A program made the translations under genes and the position numbers. A DNA stretch of 32,000 nt from Opitutia bacterium KCR 482 (GTDB taxonomy: Bacteria; Verrucomicrobiota; Verrucomicrobiia; Opitutales; Intestinicryptomonadaceae), in assembly GCA_029269845.2 (NCBI GenBank), contig CP149973.1:2160001-2192000 (forward strand). The letters are read 5' to 3'. The notes beneath the pieces are model-generated. The model saw nothing but the letters and a program-made list of their open reading frames with translations. It was not told the origin of the DNA and made no database searches. Shown piece by piece: positions 8,415 to 15,969 of this stretch. Each line of letters starts with the position of its first letter. The first letter of the stretch is position 1.

Positions 8415-8670
8415 ACAGCCGCACGGAAAACGCGCCGACGCGCGTTGGGGACTGCTTTCGGACGGATATTTTGAAGCCGCCGCTTTTGCGCTTTGCGCCC
8501 GCGCCGCAGTCGCATTCAAGATTCAAATCGGGTTGCTCTTTGAATTCCCACTCCAAATAGTCTTCGATGTATTCTTCGAGGGAAAAATCGAGCATGTCGG
8601 CAAACATACGCAGCGCGTTCAATGTTTTGTTGTCTATTTCGAAAACAATTTTTACCCGATTGACGTTCAT
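8413..8670 (-). CDS. Small hypothetical protein (85 aa) with a possible ribbon-helix-helix-like N-terminus
   Basis: The ORF sits in a locally AT-richer patch downstream of gmk. The N-terminal 55 aa (VKIVFEIDNKTLNALRMFADMLDFSLEEYIEDYLEWEF) have a beta-alpha-alpha-like pattern. The C-terminal tail runs into the plus-strand terminator and may be spurious read-through. Confidence 0.4.
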   Translation of the reverse strand: MNVNRVKIVFEIDNKTLNALRMFADMLDFSLEEYIEDYLEWEFKEQPDLNLECDCGAGAKRKSGGFKISVRKQSPTRVGAFSVRL

Positions 8671-8748
8671 GAATAAATGCTAAAACCCGCAGAAAAAATA
8701 TACAATATAAATTTTTATCTTTTTTTCTGGGGGGCATTCCCGTACGCG

Positions 8749-9336
8749 CTATCGGTTTTTCAGCTCCAAATAGATTTTTTTGAGGGCGGCGTAGTCTTCG
8801 TCTTTCGTCTTCGATTCAATGCGCCTGTCGAATTTGTCCGCCTGCTTGAATTCGTCGACAGCGGTTTTCATGCGGCGGTCGATGTCGGCTTCGGACTCCG
8901 TGGCGCGGCCGACGAGCCGCTTGCGAAGCTCTGCGATGGAGTCGGGCGCGACGAAAACGCTTGTGAGCCTTTCGGCGATTTCGGGGTTTTGCGAGGCGAT
9001 TTTCCGCCATGTGTCCGCGCCCTGAACGTCGATGATGAGGACAAGGTCGTTGCCCGCCGCAAGGCTGTCGTGAACCGCCTTTTTCGACGTTCCGTAGTAG
9101 CGGTCGTGCACTTTTGCGTATTCGTAGAATTCGCCGTTTGCGATTGCCTTTTCGAAGGCTTCGGGCGAAAGAAAGTGGTAGTCTACGCCGTCGATTTCCG
9201 CGCCGCGCGGCGGGCGCGAGGTGCTTGTGATTACGCGCTTGACGTTCCCGAACTCGGAAATCAGCCTTTCGGCGACGGTGTTTTTGCCGCTTCCCGCGGG
9301 GCCGCTGATGATTAAAATTATGTTTTTGCCGGACAT
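8749..9336 (-). CDS. gmk: Guanylate kinase
   Basis: 195 aa with P-loop GPAGSGKNT and TSTSRPPRGAEIDGVDYHF, matching the gmk signature T-T-R-x-x-R-x-G-E-x-x-G-x-D-Y-x-F. Confidence 0.93.
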   Translation of the reverse strand: MSGKNIILIISGPAGSGKNTVAERLISEFGNVKRVITSTSRPPRGAEIDGVDYHFLSPEAFEKAIANGEFYEYAKVHDRYYGTSKKAVHDSLAAGNDLVLIIDVQGADTWRKIASQNPEIAERLTSVFVAPDSIAELRKRLVGRATESEADIDRRMKTAVDEFKQADKFDRRIESKTKDEDYAALKKIYLELKNR

Positions 9337-9340
9337 GGAA

Positions 9341-9877
9341 TTAATATGTGGTTGACGCTATTACGAGGGCGGCGGCGCAAAAAAGCGATGCCGCGCCAAA
9401 CGCGCGGGCGCGTTTGGGCTTTTCGTAGAGGAATGTCAGGAAGTCGCGGAGTCTGTACGGCACCGCGCCGAGGTAGAGGGCGGCGACGACGAGCGCGTAT
9501 GTTAGGCTTACGAGAACGAGCCTCGACGCCGGCTCCTGCATGAACGCGGAGTCGAGAAATTCGCGCGAGAGCAGCAGCGAGAACACGCACAGCCCGCGCA
9601 CCGAAAGGAAGTCCGAAAGGTAGAAGAACGCGAGGATTCCCGCGCCGCCGAAGACCGCCATCAGCAGTCCCTTGATGTTGCCGAAGTCGGACTCGCCCAG
9701 CTGCGAGAGCGTGTAGAGAAACCAGAGTCCGCTTCCGCCGAATGTGATTACCGCGGCTTTTGTGCTGCGCAGGAACGCGAACGCGCATTTTTCGAAGCGT
9801 TGCGGAAACAGCGCGAACGACAGTCCGAGCGCGGCGAGAATCAGCGCGAACAGATATGTGGATTGATACAAAGTCAT
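9341..9877 (-). CDS. Hypothetical integral membrane protein (about 5 predicted TM segments)
   Basis: 178-aa ORF with several long hydrophobic stretches. There is a 4-nt gap to gmk and a 31-nt gap to the thioesterase gene, so it appears to share their operon. No family recognised. Confidence 0.7.
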   Translation of the reverse strand: MTLYQSTYLFALILAALGLSFALFPQRFEKCAFAFLRSTKAAVITFGGSGLWFLYTLSQLGESDFGNIKGLLMAVFGGAGILAFFYLSDFLSVRGLCVFSLLLSREFLDSAFMQEPASRLVLVSLTYALVVAALYLGAVPYRLRDFLTFLYEKPKRARAFGAASLFCAAALVIASTTY

Positions 9878-9908
9878 GGCGCAAATGAATCAAAATTGGG
9901 CGCGGAAA

Positions 9909-10649
9909 TCAAGCCATTTGCCAGTCAATCCTCACGCGGGCGTGCTCCCGCCCCGTTTCGGAGCGGATTGACGCGTAGGTTGATTCGCCGCGCACCTCAC
10001 CGACGACGGACACCGCCGATTTCGGCTGAACCTCCTCCATGAAGCTTGCGAAAATTTTTGCGGGCTTGCGGAGTTCGGCGAAACTGTCGGGCACGGTTTC
10101 CGAAGCCCAGACGGCGAACACGGTGTTGTTGACGTGCCCGTTTAGGTCGATGTTGTCGTTGAGCGTTTCGAATTTGCGGACGCTAAGATTCGGGGCGGAC
10201 TCGTCGGGCTTGCCGAATTTTTCGTCGAAGGAGACCGCGTTTGCGTGGGCGGGGTTGCGCGGCCAGTCGGGCAGTCTGTCGAGCTTTGCGATGCGCCTTG
10301 CGAGCACGTCGAAGAGCAGCCACTGCGAACGCGCCGTGAAGAGGGACTTGCCGTCGGCGTCGGTTGCCGCGAACTCGCGGTAGGTCGCGATTCTGTCGCG
10401 GTCGGACGCCCACGTTTCGATGCGGACGCGCTCTCCCCAGCGCGGAGTTCTTTCGATTTCAACGGCGATTTTCGAGAGCGCCCAGCCGAGGTTTTTCGGT
10501 TTGAGGTCGTTGTAGGCAACTCCGAGAATTTCGGCGTGCTCGGTGGCGATTTCCTGCAACATTTGCAGGAGCGCGGGAGCTTTGAGCCGCCCGAATCTGT
10601 CGGCGTCGGCAATTCTCACCTTGTAGCTTGTTTTGTGCGAATTTTCCAT
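9909..10649 (-). CDS. Acyl-ACP thioesterase
   Basis: Two hot-dog halves with motifs YKVRIADADRFGRLKAPALLQMLQEIATEH and DLNGHVNNTVFAVWASE, typical of the acyl-ACP thioesterase family. I prefer the ATG at 10649 (MENSHK) over the track's TTG at 10658. Confidence 0.85.
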   Translation of the reverse strand: MENSHKTSYKVRIADADRFGRLKAPALLQMLQEIATEHAEILGVAYNDLKPKNLGWALSKIAVEIERTPRWGERVRIETWASDRDRIATYREFAATDADGKSLFTARSQWLLFDVLARRIAKLDRLPDWPRNPAHANAVSFDEKFGKPDESAPNLSVRKFETLNDNIDLNGHVNNTVFAVWASETVPDSFAELRKPAKIFASFMEEVQPKSAVSVVGEVRGESTYASIRSETGREHARVRIDWQMA

Positions 10650-10657
10650 TTCCCGCA

Positions 10658-10686
10658 ATTCAACTTCCGCCGCGCCAGATTTTCAA
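10658..10686 (-). promoter_or_regulatory. Putative sigma70-like promoter for the thioesterase string, directly after the Bat operon terminator
   Basis: Minus strand: TTGAAA (10686-10681), a 17-nt spacer, then TTGAAT (10663-10658). Only 8 nt separate the -10 from the ATG at 10649, implying a leader of 0-2 nt. Confidence 0.35.
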
Positions 10687-10687
10687 C

Positions 10688-10712
10688 AAAAAACCCCGAA
10701 CGGCGTTCGGGG
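10688..10712 (-). terminator. Rho-independent terminator at the end of the Bat operon
   Basis: Minus strand reads CCCCGAAC-GCC-GTTCGGGG followed by TTTTTT. On the plus strand the stems are 10694-10701 and 10705-10712, with the A-run at 10688-10693. Confidence 0.8.
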
Positions 10713-10751
10713 CGCTGAATATCATGATTTGTCTGAAAACATCAGGCGGTA

Positions 10752-11498
10752 TTATTCGACGGTCGGCGCAAAGTCGGCCGCCGCCGCCCAGCCGCGCTTG
10801 CCGTTTTTCGTTTCGAGGTACAGGTAGCCGCCGCGCGATTTCAGGATTTTCGCGCATTGCCCCGCGTCTACGATGGCGGCGGCGGGCGCGGTTTTCGTCG
10901 GAGAGACTGCGAGTTTTGTGTCGGGCTTCAGCGCGACCGCAGTGTCGGCGAAATTCCGCCAGTCGAGAATCGACGGAATCGCCGCCGCGAACGCCGCCGC
11001 AAAAACTATCGCGAGAAACAGCGTCGCTGGCGGGCGTTTGCCGTAAAGCGGCGGAACGAACACAAGCAGCACCGCCGCCCAAAACGACACGAAGCACACC
11101 GTCGCCCACTCCGATTCGGAAAGCTCGGCAATCAGCGGCGTTTTGAAGGCTTCCAGCCCCGATTCGAGCGAGTTGTCCTTTGCGTACATGGCAAGGTTTG
11201 CCGTTGCCTCGCGCATGCGCGGGGCGTTGTAGACCGCGCGTTTGTAGTTCAGGAGCGCGTCGCCCCTGCGGTCGAGCTTGGCAAAGGCGTTCGCCTTGTT
11301 GAAGTACAGCTCCGCGGAGTCGAAGCCGTTTTTTTCGGCAAGCGAGTAGTTTTCGAGAGCGCGGGCGTAGTCGCCTGCCTTGTATGCGTTGTTGCCGAGC
11401 GCGAAATATTCCCGCGCGGTCTGCGCCCCCGCCGTCGCCGCCGCAAACACTGCGGCGGCAATCATGATGATTGTCCGTAAAATTTTCACAGTTTTCAT
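10752..11498 (-). CDS. batE: BatE-like protein (signal/TM segment, TPR, TM region, C-terminal SH3b-like domain)
   Basis: The track's long 674-aa ORF has an Arg-rich, implausible N-terminal part. The credible protein starts MKTVKILRTIIMIAAAVFAAATAGA at the ATG at 11498. That ATG overlaps the batD stop as ATGA. TPR-like YFALGNNAYKAGDYARALENY and a C-terminal GGYLYLETKNGKRGWAAAADF are present. Confidence 0.8.
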   Translation of the reverse strand: MKTVKILRTIIMIAAAVFAAATAGAQTAREYFALGNNAYKAGDYARALENYSLAEKNGFDSAELYFNKANAFAKLDRRGDALLNYKRAVYNAPRMREATANLAMYAKDNSLESGLEAFKTPLIAELSESEWATVCFVSFWAAVLLVFVPPLYGKRPPATLFLAIVFAAAFAAAIPSILDWRNFADTAVALKPDTKLAVSPTKTAPAAAIVDAGQCAKILKSRGGYLYLETKNGKRGWAAAADFAPTVE

Positions 11499-13372
11499 TT
11501 GGAGAGTTTTCCGACGAGCGTTCCGAGTTGCGCGTCGAGCTTTTTGATGTCGAGCTTCGAAGTGTCTGTTCCGCCGAATGCCAGCGCGTCCGCGCCGTCG
11601 AAGAACAGCCGCAGTCCGCCGACATCGGCGTCGGGCTTGGTTTCGGCGAGAATTTCGGCGGCGTCGCGGGCGGTTAGCGATTCCGCCGAGCGTTCGCTGT
11701 CGGCCGCCACCGCGAATTGCAGGGCGCGGCGCGCCTCCTCGAAGAACGCGTTGAAGTCTCCGCGCTTTGCCGCCGCCGCCGCAAGAGAGCGGTGCTTTGC
11801 CGCCGATTTTCTGTCGGCGATTTTCTTTGCGTAGCGGACGTCGTTGATTTTGCGCAGCGACTCCCTCCGCAACATTACGAACGCCGCCACCGCGCAGAGG
11901 AACACGATTTGCGCCCCCCAGAAATAGGGCGATTCGAGCAGCCGCGCGTCGGAGGAGTGCGCGGCGGTTTCGGCTATTTTGTCGAACGCGGGCGCGGGGC
12001 TTGACTGCTCCGTTTCCGCGGCGCGTTTCGAGCGTCCCGTAGGCGCGACGCTTATCGGAAGCGGCGCGGAGTTCAGCTCGACGTACTTTTCGCCCACGGG
12101 GTCGAAGTAGTTGAACCTGACCGTCGGGGCGGTCGGAATGTCCGCCTTTTTGGGAACAGCCGTGTATTCGAAAGTCTTGATTCCGATGTTGGAAAGCCCG
12201 TTGCTTTCGTCGGTGAACGACGACTTCGCCTTGTAGGTTTTCCAGTCCGCGCCCGCGTCGAGCTTCGGCTCTCGGATTCGCGGAAAGTTGCCCACGCCCA
12301 CGACTTTCGCGGTAATCGTACAGGGTTCGCCGACCGTCAGCGCGTCCGGCTCTACCGCCGCGTTTTCGAGCGAGAACGTTCCGATTGCGCCTGTGAAGTC
12401 GGCGGGCTTGCCGTTTTCGGGCAGTTCGAGCACGTCGATTTTTTTCGGCGGCATGTCGATTTTGAAGTCTACGGGAGTGCCGCCGCCGAACGACATCATG
12501 CGGTCGAAAATCGACATTCCCGCGAGGTCGTCGGCGCGAAGCTCGCGCTGGAACACGCCGCGCGCGGAGATGTCGAGGTCGTAGCTTCCCGCTTTGAGCG
12601 GCGTGATTGCCGTGGTGTATTTCACGAGAACGCGGTTGCCGTCGGAGGAAATTGTGGGTTTTTCGGAGAACGCGGGGCAGTCGAACGCGTCCGCCTTCTG
12701 TATTTCGGGCAGGAGTTGCGCTAGCGTGAATCCGCGTTCCGACAGGCTTTTGTCGAACGAAAACACAAGCTCGCACGGCACGGATTCGCCGACGTAAATC
12801 TTTTCGCGCGGAAGTTTTATTTCGAGTTTCGCGTTGTTTTTGAGGTTCGCCTCGAAGCTTTGAATCTGGCTTCTCGCCTGCTGTCTGCGCTGTATTTGGC
12901 GTTGCGCGCTCTGCCGCGAAAAGAACGGGTCGCTTCCGAAAATCGAGCCGCCGAAGGGGTCTGCAAACGGGTCGTCGCCGCCGCTTTCGGCGGGCGCGGA
13001 CTTGTCTACCGTGAGCGTCGCCGCCGCGATTTTATATTTCTTTCCGCCGATTTCCGCCTCCCATTCGGGGATTGTAAGCTCTCCCTCGCGGTCGGCGCGC
13101 ATTGTGAGCACAACCGACGTCTCGCGCGAGACCGAGCCGTTTATAATCGACATGTTCCGCGACGAGCTTTGCCCCACGATTTGCAGGCCGTCGGGCAGCG
13201 GAATTTTCGAGATGTCCGCGCTTCCCTTGACGTCTTTGAAACTCAGCGTGTAGCGGGCGGTGCCGTTCGGTGGAATCGCCTTTGGGGAGAACCCCGACGT
13301 TTCAACCGACTGCGCAAACGCCGCCGCGTATGATAGAATGGAATATAAAATGATTGCCGATATTTTTTTCAT
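11495..13372 (-). CDS. batD: BatD-like oxygen-tolerance protein
   Basis: 625 aa with signal peptide MKKISAIILYSILSYAAAFA, repeated beta-rich modules and a late TM segment (YFWGAQIVFLCAVAAFVML). Position after batB/C is as in Bat operons. The ATG at 13372 overlaps the upstream TAA (TAATG). Confidence 0.8.
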   Translation of the reverse strand: MKKISAIILYSILSYAAAFAQSVETSGFSPKAIPPNGTARYTLSFKDVKGSADISKIPLPDGLQIVGQSSSRNMSIINGSVSRETSVVLTMRADREGELTIPEWEAEIGGKKYKIAAATLTVDKSAPAESGGDDPFADPFGGSIFGSDPFFSRQSAQRQIQRRQQARSQIQSFEANLKNNAKLEIKLPREKIYVGESVPCELVFSFDKSLSERGFTLAQLLPEIQKADAFDCPAFSEKPTISSDGNRVLVKYTTAITPLKAGSYDLDISARGVFQRELRADDLAGMSIFDRMMSFGGGTPVDFKIDMPPKKIDVLELPENGKPADFTGAIGTFSLENAAVEPDALTVGEPCTITAKVVGVGNFPRIREPKLDAGADWKTYKAKSSFTDESNGLSNIGIKTFEYTAVPKKADIPTAPTVRFNYFDPVGEKYVELNSAPLPISVAPTGRSKRAAETEQSSPAPAFDKIAETAAHSSDARLLESPYFWGAQIVFLCAVAAFVMLRRESLRKINDVRYAKKIADRKSAAKHRSLAAAAAKRGDFNAFFEEARRALQFAVAADSERSAESLTARDAAEILAETKPDADVGGLRLFFDGADALAFGGTDTSKLDIKKLDAQLGTLVGKLSK

Positions 13373-15969
13373 TACCAATCCTTGTAGGACTTTTCAAATC
13401 TGTTCCGTTGTTCGCCGTAGCCGCGCAGGGGCAGGACTTTGTCGGAATCTTTCATCGATTCCAGCAGTTGCCGCGCCTCGCCTTTTGTCATTGCGCCGAC
13501 CGCCGACCTGTAATTTTCGGAGTCTTTTCCGGCGTCTTTTTCGGCGGCTTGCGCGGCTGCCGCCTGCTTCTTTTCCGCCTGTTTTTGCTCGGCGGGAAGC
13601 TCGCGCTCCTCGTTGCCCGCGTTCTGCTCCCGCTTGTCTTGCCCCCGATTTTCTTTGCTTTCGGACTGCTCTGGCTTGCCGTTTTGCTCCTGCGGTTTTT
13701 TGTTGTCTACGGCCTGTTCGTCCCGATTTTGTTCGTCGCCGTTTTGCGGCTTGTCTTGGCGTCCGCCGTTTTGGGAGGCGTCGTTTTTGTCGGGGGAATT
13801 TTGCCTGTCGTTGTTCTTGTCGGAATTTTGCTCTTTGTTGTCCTTGCTATTATTTTGCTGTTTGTCCTGTTTGTCGTTTTGCTTGTTTTGCTGATTCTGT
13901 TGGCTGTTTTGCTGTTGGTTCTTGTCCTGATTTTTGTTTTGGTTCTGTTGCTGATTTTGCTGTTGGTTCTGCTGGTTTTGATTCTGCTGTTGGTTCTGAT
14001 TTTGTTGCTGGTTCTGCTGTTGGTTCTGGTTTTTGTCTTGGTTTTGATTGTTGTCGTCGCGGACAAGTTTTTTCAGCTCTTCTTTGAGTTTTGCGAGCCG
14101 CGCGAGCCGCTGTTTTGCGGCGTCGGAGGAGATGGCGTCGGAAAGTTTTTTTATTTTCGACGTTTCGTTGTCGAGATTTTTTTCGGCAACAAGCGCGGAT
14201 TGCAGGTTGTTTTGCGCGGCGTTAAAAGCGGGGTCGAGTTCCGCCGCGCTTTTGTATCCGCCGATTGCGCCGTCGAGAATTTTTTTCGCGTTATTCCATT
14301 TTTCGAGGTTTTGCGAGGCGTTCCCAGCAAGCTCCGCCGACTGCTTTTCGACGGCTTCGCACTGCGCGATTCCCTGTTTCAGGCTTTGCTGGAATTGCTT
14401 GTCTTTGAGCGGCGACGACTCCAACGCCTTCTTTTTTTCCTCGTCGGTCTTTGCCGCCTTTACCGTTTCAAGCTCCTTTTGCAGAAGCGGCGCGCCCTGT
14501 TGCAGCAGAACCGTTCCGCCCGACACCGCCGCGGCTTCGGCTTGGTCGAGCTGCGCGGCTTTTGCGCCGAGTTCGTTGGCGGATTCCGCCGAGGCGAGCG
14601 AATGCTTTGCGTCGGCGTAGTCGGCGTTTGCGATGTTGTAGAAAGCCTTTGCGTGCAGGGCGAAGCCGTAGGGTTCTGCCTTTATTGCGTCGAGGAATTT
14701 TTCCCGCGCGGCGGCGGTGTCGCCCTTTGCAAGCAGGTCTATACCGCTGTTGAAGATTTCGCGCGGGCTTGGGTTCTCAGGTTCTGCGGGGGCGGATTTC
14801 GGCTTTTTCTCCGCGCCGTCCGTCTGCGCTTCCGCCGATTTTTCGGAAGCTTCGGTTTGCGCGGTTTGGGCATCGGGCGCGTCCTCATCCGCGCGGGCGT
14901 TTTGGGGCGAGACGAGCGCCGCCGCCGAAACCGCCGCGAACGCCAACGCCGCGAGCCTGCCCGATTTTCCGCCCGCGAAGAATCTGCGCGTGCCCACGAG
15001 CGATTCGAGCGCAAGCAGGATTATCGCCGCCGCCAGCGGTATTTGGAATCTTTCTATTGCAAGCTGTTTCATGCGGGCGGAGAGTTCGCGTTGCGGAATT
15101 TTTTTCAGCCCGTTTTCGTAGATTGCGTCCATGCCGTTTGCCGACAGCGGCTCGTAGAAGCCGCCGGTGGATTTTGCAATTTCGGAAAGCACCGCCTCGT
15201 TGAGTTTGCTTGCGACGATTTTCCCGTTTTCGTCGCGCAGCTGAACGAGTCTGCCGCCGGCGTCGCGAACGGGAATTGGTTCGCCTTTCGCCCCGCCGAC
15301 TCCGAGCGTGTAGATTACCACGCCGTCTTTCGCCGCCTGTTTCGCGCGTTCCACCGCCGAAGATTCAAGCTCTTCGCCGTCGCTTATGAGAACGACGATT
15401 TTGTGGTTTGCGGTTTTTTCGAATGCGGCATCGGCTTCGGAAATCGCCGCGGCGATGTTCGTTCCGCCGCGCTGGATTACGTTTGTGTCGAGGGCTTCGA
15501 GGGAGAGCCTGAACGCGTCGTAGTCGAGCGTGAGCGGGCATTGCAGGAACGCCTGTCCGCTGAACGCGACTATTCCGATTCTGTCGCCGTCGAGCGCGTC
15601 GAGGAGGTCGAGCACCGAGAGTTTTGCGCGTTCGAGGCGGCTCGGTTTTACGTCTTCTGCGAGCATGCTTTTGGACGTGTCTATTGCGAAAATTATGTCG
15701 ATTCCGCGCGTTTTGCTTTCCGCCCAATGGTATCCCCACTGCGGGCGGGCGAGGGCGACGAAGACCGCGAAAATTCCCAGCGCAAGGAGCGTCTTTTTGA
15801 CGAATTTTTTTGCGGGGCTTACCGTGCGCGAAAGTTCGGGCAGAAGTTTTGCCGACGCGAATTCCGCGAGCAGGCGTTTGCGGCGGCGTTCGCCCCACGC
15901 GAATAGCGCGACAACCGCAAGGGTTGCGGCGATTCCAGCGTAAAGCCAGTTTATTGAATGGAAGCTCAT
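13372..15969 (-). CDS. batB: BatB-BatC fusion (865 aa): TM, vWA domain, TM, signal-peptide-like segment, TPR/coiled-coil region, Q/N-rich tract, conserved C-terminal tail
   Basis: Starts MSFHSINWLYAG at the ATG at 15969, overlapping the batA stop as ATGA. vWA MIDAS motif DTSKSM. The typical BatB ending ERFQIPLAAAIILLALESLVGTRR is followed in frame by GGKSGRLAALAFAAVSAAALVSPQNARA-DED, then TPR-like repeats. The C-terminus is ...MTKGEARQLLESMKDSDK... Confidence 0.85.
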   Translation of the reverse strand: MSFHSINWLYAGIAATLAVVALFAWGERRRKRLLAEFASAKLLPELSRTVSPAKKFVKKTLLALGIFAVFVALARPQWGYHWAESKTRGIDIIFAIDTSKSMLAEDVKPSRLERAKLSVLDLLDALDGDRIGIVAFSGQAFLQCPLTLDYDAFRLSLEALDTNVIQRGGTNIAAAISEADAAFEKTANHKIVVLISDGEELESSAVERAKQAAKDGVVIYTLGVGGAKGEPIPVRDAGGRLVQLRDENGKIVASKLNEAVLSEIAKSTGGFYEPLSANGMDAIYENGLKKIPQRELSARMKQLAIERFQIPLAAAIILLALESLVGTRRFFAGGKSGRLAALAFAAVSAAALVSPQNARADEDAPDAQTAQTEASEKSAEAQTDGAEKKPKSAPAEPENPSPREIFNSGIDLLAKGDTAAAREKFLDAIKAEPYGFALHAKAFYNIANADYADAKHSLASAESANELGAKAAQLDQAEAAAVSGGTVLLQQGAPLLQKELETVKAAKTDEEKKKALESSPLKDKQFQQSLKQGIAQCEAVEKQSAELAGNASQNLEKWNNAKKILDGAIGGYKSAAELDPAFNAAQNNLQSALVAEKNLDNETSKIKKLSDAISSDAAKQRLARLAKLKEELKKLVRDDNNQNQDKNQNQQQNQQQNQNQQQNQNQQNQQQNQQQNQNKNQDKNQQQNSQQNQQNKQNDKQDKQQNNSKDNKEQNSDKNNDRQNSPDKNDASQNGGRQDKPQNGDEQNRDEQAVDNKKPQEQNGKPEQSESKENRGQDKREQNAGNEERELPAEQKQAEKKQAAAAQAAEKDAGKDSENYRSAVGAMTKGEARQLLESMKDSDKVLPLRGYGEQRNRFEKSYKDW
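13609..14058 (-). repeat. Coding low-complexity tract (~150 aa) rich in Q/N/D/K, built from imperfect CAG/CAA/AAC/AAT repeats
   Basis: Translation DDNNQNQDKNQNQQQNQQQNQNQQQNQNQQNQQQNQQQNQNKNQDKNQQQNSQQNQQNKQND... The plus strand shows (CTG/TTG/GTT)n-like runs at 13840-14050. Confidence 0.9.

Noticed and set aside
10752-12776. The 674-aa ORF in the track spanning batE and most of batD in another frame.
   Set aside because: The N-terminal ~425 aa are Arg-rich and implausible, and they overlap the well-supported batD frame. Only the portion from the ATG at 11498 (MKTVKIL...) looks like a real protein.
13609-14058. Repetitive DNA that could be mistaken for a CRISPR or tandem-repeat array.
   Set aside because: There is no repeat-spacer organisation. 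The region is imperfect trinucleotide-level low complexity inside an open reading frame that encodes Q/N.
13354-15906. 850-aa plus-strand ORF with an extremely hydrophobic Leu/Val-rich stretch.
   Set aside because: It is the antisense reading of the Q/N-rich tract and of the vWA/TPR gene. The Leu/Val run is simply the complement of CAG/CAA/AAC repeats. The minus-strand product carries clear BatB/BatC motifs.
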